A DNA stretch of 64,000 nucleotides, taken from the human T2T-CHM13v2.0 reference genome, Homo sapiens. Location of the stretch: the NCBI RefSeq assembly GCF_009914755.1, contig NC_060938.1; one strand, given 5' to 3'. Position 1 is the first letter of the stretch; each line of letters starts with the position of its first letter. The notes under the pieces are model-generated. The model saw only the letters and a program-made list of their open reading frames with translations, did no database searches and had not been told where the DNA came from. The position numbers and the translations under genes were made by a program. Shown here piece by piece: positions 60,341 through 64,000 of the stretch.

Positions 60341-60473
60341 AATCTTGAGTTGTACCCACTTTGCATTATTTTGCAAGGTACTAAGCAACAGAAAGAGTAG
60401 TTAGCAGGTGAACTGTGAAATAGGCAAGGGCTAGAATTCTGTTGAGTAGAGCCCCTTAATCCTTGTAATTTTC

Positions 60474-60789
60474 TTTTTCTTTTCTTTTTTTTTTTTTTTT
60501 TTTTTTTTTTGGAGATGGAGTCTCGCTCTGTCATCCAGGCTGGAGTGCAGTGGTGCGATCTTGGCTCACTGCAACCTCCGCCTCCGGATTCAAGCAATTC
60601 CCTGCCTCAGCCTCCTGAGTAGCTGGGATTACAGGCACCCGCTACCATGCCCGGCTAATTTTTGTATTTTTAGTAGAGACGGGGTTTCACCATCTTGGCC
60701 AGGTTGGTCTTGAACTCCTAACCTCGTGATCCACCCGCGTCGGCCTCCCAAAGTGCTGGGATTACAGGTGTGAGCCACCGCGCCTGGCC
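60474..60789 (-). mobile_element. AluS (Sg-like)
   Basis: TSD atccttgtaattttc at 60459-60473 and 60790-60804. Confidence 0.95.
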
Positions 60790-61492
60790 ATCCTTGTAAT
60801 TTTCACACCTTCCTTTCTATTCTCAATTTGACTATTTTGATTCAGATGTTATGATACCCCAAATTACAGAGAGCCAGCTAATAGGTTTGCCTTTCAAATT
60901 CTTTTTATCCCCCCACTGTGCTGCTAAGGTCCTTCGTCTGCTTTAAGTAATGCTATATCTCTCTATCACTTTCAGGATAAAATTTATTCTGCTAAATACA
61001 ATATGTGACCCTTCTCTTGCTCATCTTCCACTACTTCCTTCTGCAAATACCAAGCTTCAAAATATAACTACCTGATGTGCTAGAAACACACCATTCTCTT
61101 TTTTACTTTTGCACCTTTGAACTACGTTAGGGTAGGAATGCTTCTTGCTGTCTCTAGTTTCTTTGAGAAAGATTTGTCTGTATTAGAAAACCTACTTGCC
61201 TGCAGATACATGCCATATCTATATTAGCTTTATTAATAACAAAGCCCTATTTCAGTTCTCCATCTGTCTTATTCTTTTGTTTTTCTTTAATTTAGATTTC
61301 CTGGCTATCTTATTGATATTGATTTGTAGCTGAATTCCACTGTGATCAGAGAAATTGTATACAATCAATGATATTCATAGTATATCATCAATTTTAATAA
61401 ATGTTCCATGTACATTTGCAACTTTGAGGTGCAATGTTCCATGTACATCACTAAATCAAATTCGTTGGTCATGTTAAAATCTTCTGTATCTT

Positions 61493-61794
61493 GGCAGGGC
61501 ATAGTGCCTCATGCCTGTAAATCCCAGTATTTTGTGGGGGCCGAGGCAGGAGGATCATTTGAGTCCAGGAGTTCAAGACCAGCCTGTACAATATAGGGAG
61601 ACCCCTATCTCTACAAAAAATTAAAAAATTAGCCAGGCATAGTAGTGCATACCTGTAGTTCCAGTTACACGGGAAGCTGAGGTGGGAGGATCACTTCAGC
61701 TCAAGAAGTGGAGGCTGTGGGAAGCCGTGATCGCATCACTGCACTACAGCCTGGGTGACAGGGTGAGACCCTGTCTGAAAAAAAAAAAAAAAAG
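61493..61794 (+). mobile_element. AluJ
   Basis: ggaggatcatttgagtccaggagttcaag. Confidence 0.92.
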
Positions 61795-62677
61795 CAGGAA
61801 AAAAATATGTATCTCTATTGATTTTTTTTTCTGCTTGTTTTATATAGTACTAAAAGAGATGCATCTAAAAAGAAAACTCCAACTATGACTGTGGATATAT
61901 CTATTTCTCCTTTTAGTTCTATCAGATTTGTTTCATATATTTTTATTCTAATTTATGAGGTACATATAAATTTATTAATCTCCCTTTCAATCTTTAGTAA
62001 TACTTCTAGAAGCCTTAATGTTGGCTTGTCTGATATAACTAGAATTTCTTTCAGTTAATATTTGCATGTTATATCTTCTTTCCATCATTTTCTTTTCAAC
62101 CTTTCTGTGTTATGCTCAAGGTGTCTTTTATAAGTAGTATGTAGTTAGATTGTGTTCTACTATCCACTCTGACAATCTTTGTATTTATTTGTATTTTAAC
62201 TGTATTTAGTCCAGTCATAAAGATTTAAAACTGTTTTAACATATTGGTGATTTAAATCTCTTATCATTATGGTAACTTTTTAATTTCTAGAAATGCTTTT
62301 ACCCTGAAAACAATTTTGTCTGATAGTTATAGCTATGCAGCTTTCTTTTAGAAAGCATTTGTATGGAATATCTTTTTCTGTTTACTGTTTCCATTTGTTT
62401 ACCAACCTTTCTGTCTCCTCATGTTTTAGATATGTCTCTTATAAATAGCATTTAGTTAAAGTGTTTTAGTCCAGATAAACAATCTTTGTCTTTTGACTGT
62501 AATATTTATTCCACTTATATTTAAGATAACTGGCTGATATATATATGAATTTAAACCTATATTTTATCCTGGGCTTTCTATTTGTCCTACTTGTTCTCTG
62601 TTTCTTTCCTTTCATCCTTCCTTGGATTGACTAAGTGTTTATGATCTTCATTTTTTTCCCTCCAATAGCTTGGATAT

Positions 62678-63190
62678 TGTATTACTTTCCTATTGCTGTT
62701 GCAACAAATTACCACAAATTTAATGGCTTTAAATAAACTTACTATCTTACAGTTCTGGAAGTTTGAAGTCTGAAATGGGTTTCACTGAGCTAAAATCAAG
62801 GTGTTGGCAGGGCTGCATTACTTCTGGAGGCTCTATGGGAAATTCCATTCCTTTGCCTTTTCCAGTTTCTAGAAGAAACCTGCATTCCTTGGCTCATGGC
62901 CCCTTCCTCCACTTCAAAGCCAACAAGACAGCATCTTCCAGTCTCCCTGACCCCTGCTACCATTGTTACATCTTCTCTAACTCCGAATCTCCTACAATCT
63001 CTCTTTCATTTATAAAGACTCTTGCAATTACATTAGGCCAACCTGGATACTCCATAATCCAAGATAATCTCCCCATCTCAAAATCCTAAATCACATCTGT
63101 AAAGTCACTTTTTCCATGTGAGGTAACATTCACAGGTTCTGGGAATTAGGACATGGTAATCTTTGTGAGGCCATTATTCTGTATACTATA
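62678..63190 (-). mobile_element. MLT1D-like MaLR solo LTR
   Basis: aaattaccacaaa...gaaatgggtttcactgagctaaaatcaaggtgttggcagggctgc. Confidence 0.88.
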
Positions 63191-64000
63191 AATTTTATAA
63201 ACTCAATTTCCTTTTATTTAAATAGTCACTCTGGTTGTTTTAATACACACACTTAACATGTCAAAGTCTAAAGTTAGTCCTTTTATATTCTCCTGTTGCA
63301 TAGTAAAAGGACTATTAAAAGACTTTTAGCTCCTTTACATGCCAATCAATCCATGTGTGACTTAGGCATGATGTCATCATTGCACATATTTTGATTCTAT
63401 CTTGTTAAAACCCCACAAAACATTATTATTCTTTTGTAAAATTAGTGTTCATTTGTATTTACAAACATATTTCACCAATTACTTTCCACTTCATTCCTTC
63501 TTACATTCCTTCCATTTCATTCTTTCTTGCATCGCCAACTGTTCATGTACAATCACATTCTTCTTGCTAATATCCTTTATGATTTACTTTAGTGAAGGTA
63601 TGTTGGTAGAAAACCCTCTGTTGTTGCTGATCTGAAAATGTCCCTGATTTTTATATTTTTTTGTGAAAAGTATCAATAATATACAAAAGTATAGCAAATA
63701 TAAAATAAATCCACATGGACACATTATCTAGCTTTAATTATTATCAACTCATAGTCAAACTTTTTTCCACAATATCCTCCCACTTCCAGAAATTTTGAAA
63801 ACAAAAATCAAGATATAATTTTATCTGTAAATATTTCAGTATGCATCTCTAATATTTCAGTATGTATCTCTAAAAGACAATATTGAAGAACATCTAATAC
63901 CAAATATAACTTTACATTTATGTTTATATTTATATTATATATCTCTTTTTTAATGCAACTACAGTATCATCACACTTTCAGAAAAATCTATAATTTCCTC

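Larger units (their letters stand above)
61290..63650 (-). mobile_element. Old L1ME fragment interrupted by AluJ and MLT1D
   Basis: aattccactgtgatcagaga, actccaactatgactgtggat and similar motifs. Confidence 0.75.

Overview
Human (primate) genomic DNA, AT-rich and dense in interspersed repeats. It carries the whole coding region of TC2N (tandem C2 domains, nuclear; MTAC2D1) on the minus strand. Eleven coding exons, all with canonical GT-AG ends, splice in frame to a 490-aa protein (ATG 49223, TGA 18554), followed by a ~3.3 kb 3' UTR with several poly(A) signals. The promoter and first non-coding exon(s) were not recognised and probably lie beyond the right edge. The rest is intron or downstream intergenic DNA filled with Alu, L1, L2, MIR, MaLR/ERV LTRs and Tigger/MER DNA transposons, including a near full-length Tigger1 and a complete THE1 element nested in Tigger3. 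I found no new protein-coding system; the non-TC2N ORFs are repeat-derived. The most unusual signals are structural. They are three local templated duplications (two inverted, one direct), an Alu flanked by a 125-bp direct repeat, two tailless retrocopies of small RNAs (a 5' tRNA-Gly half and a 5S rRNA fragment), and an ATG-TAA start-stop element overlapping the TC2N start codon. Repeat subfamily names come from remembered consensus sequences and need RepeatMasker confirmation; identities were counted by eye.
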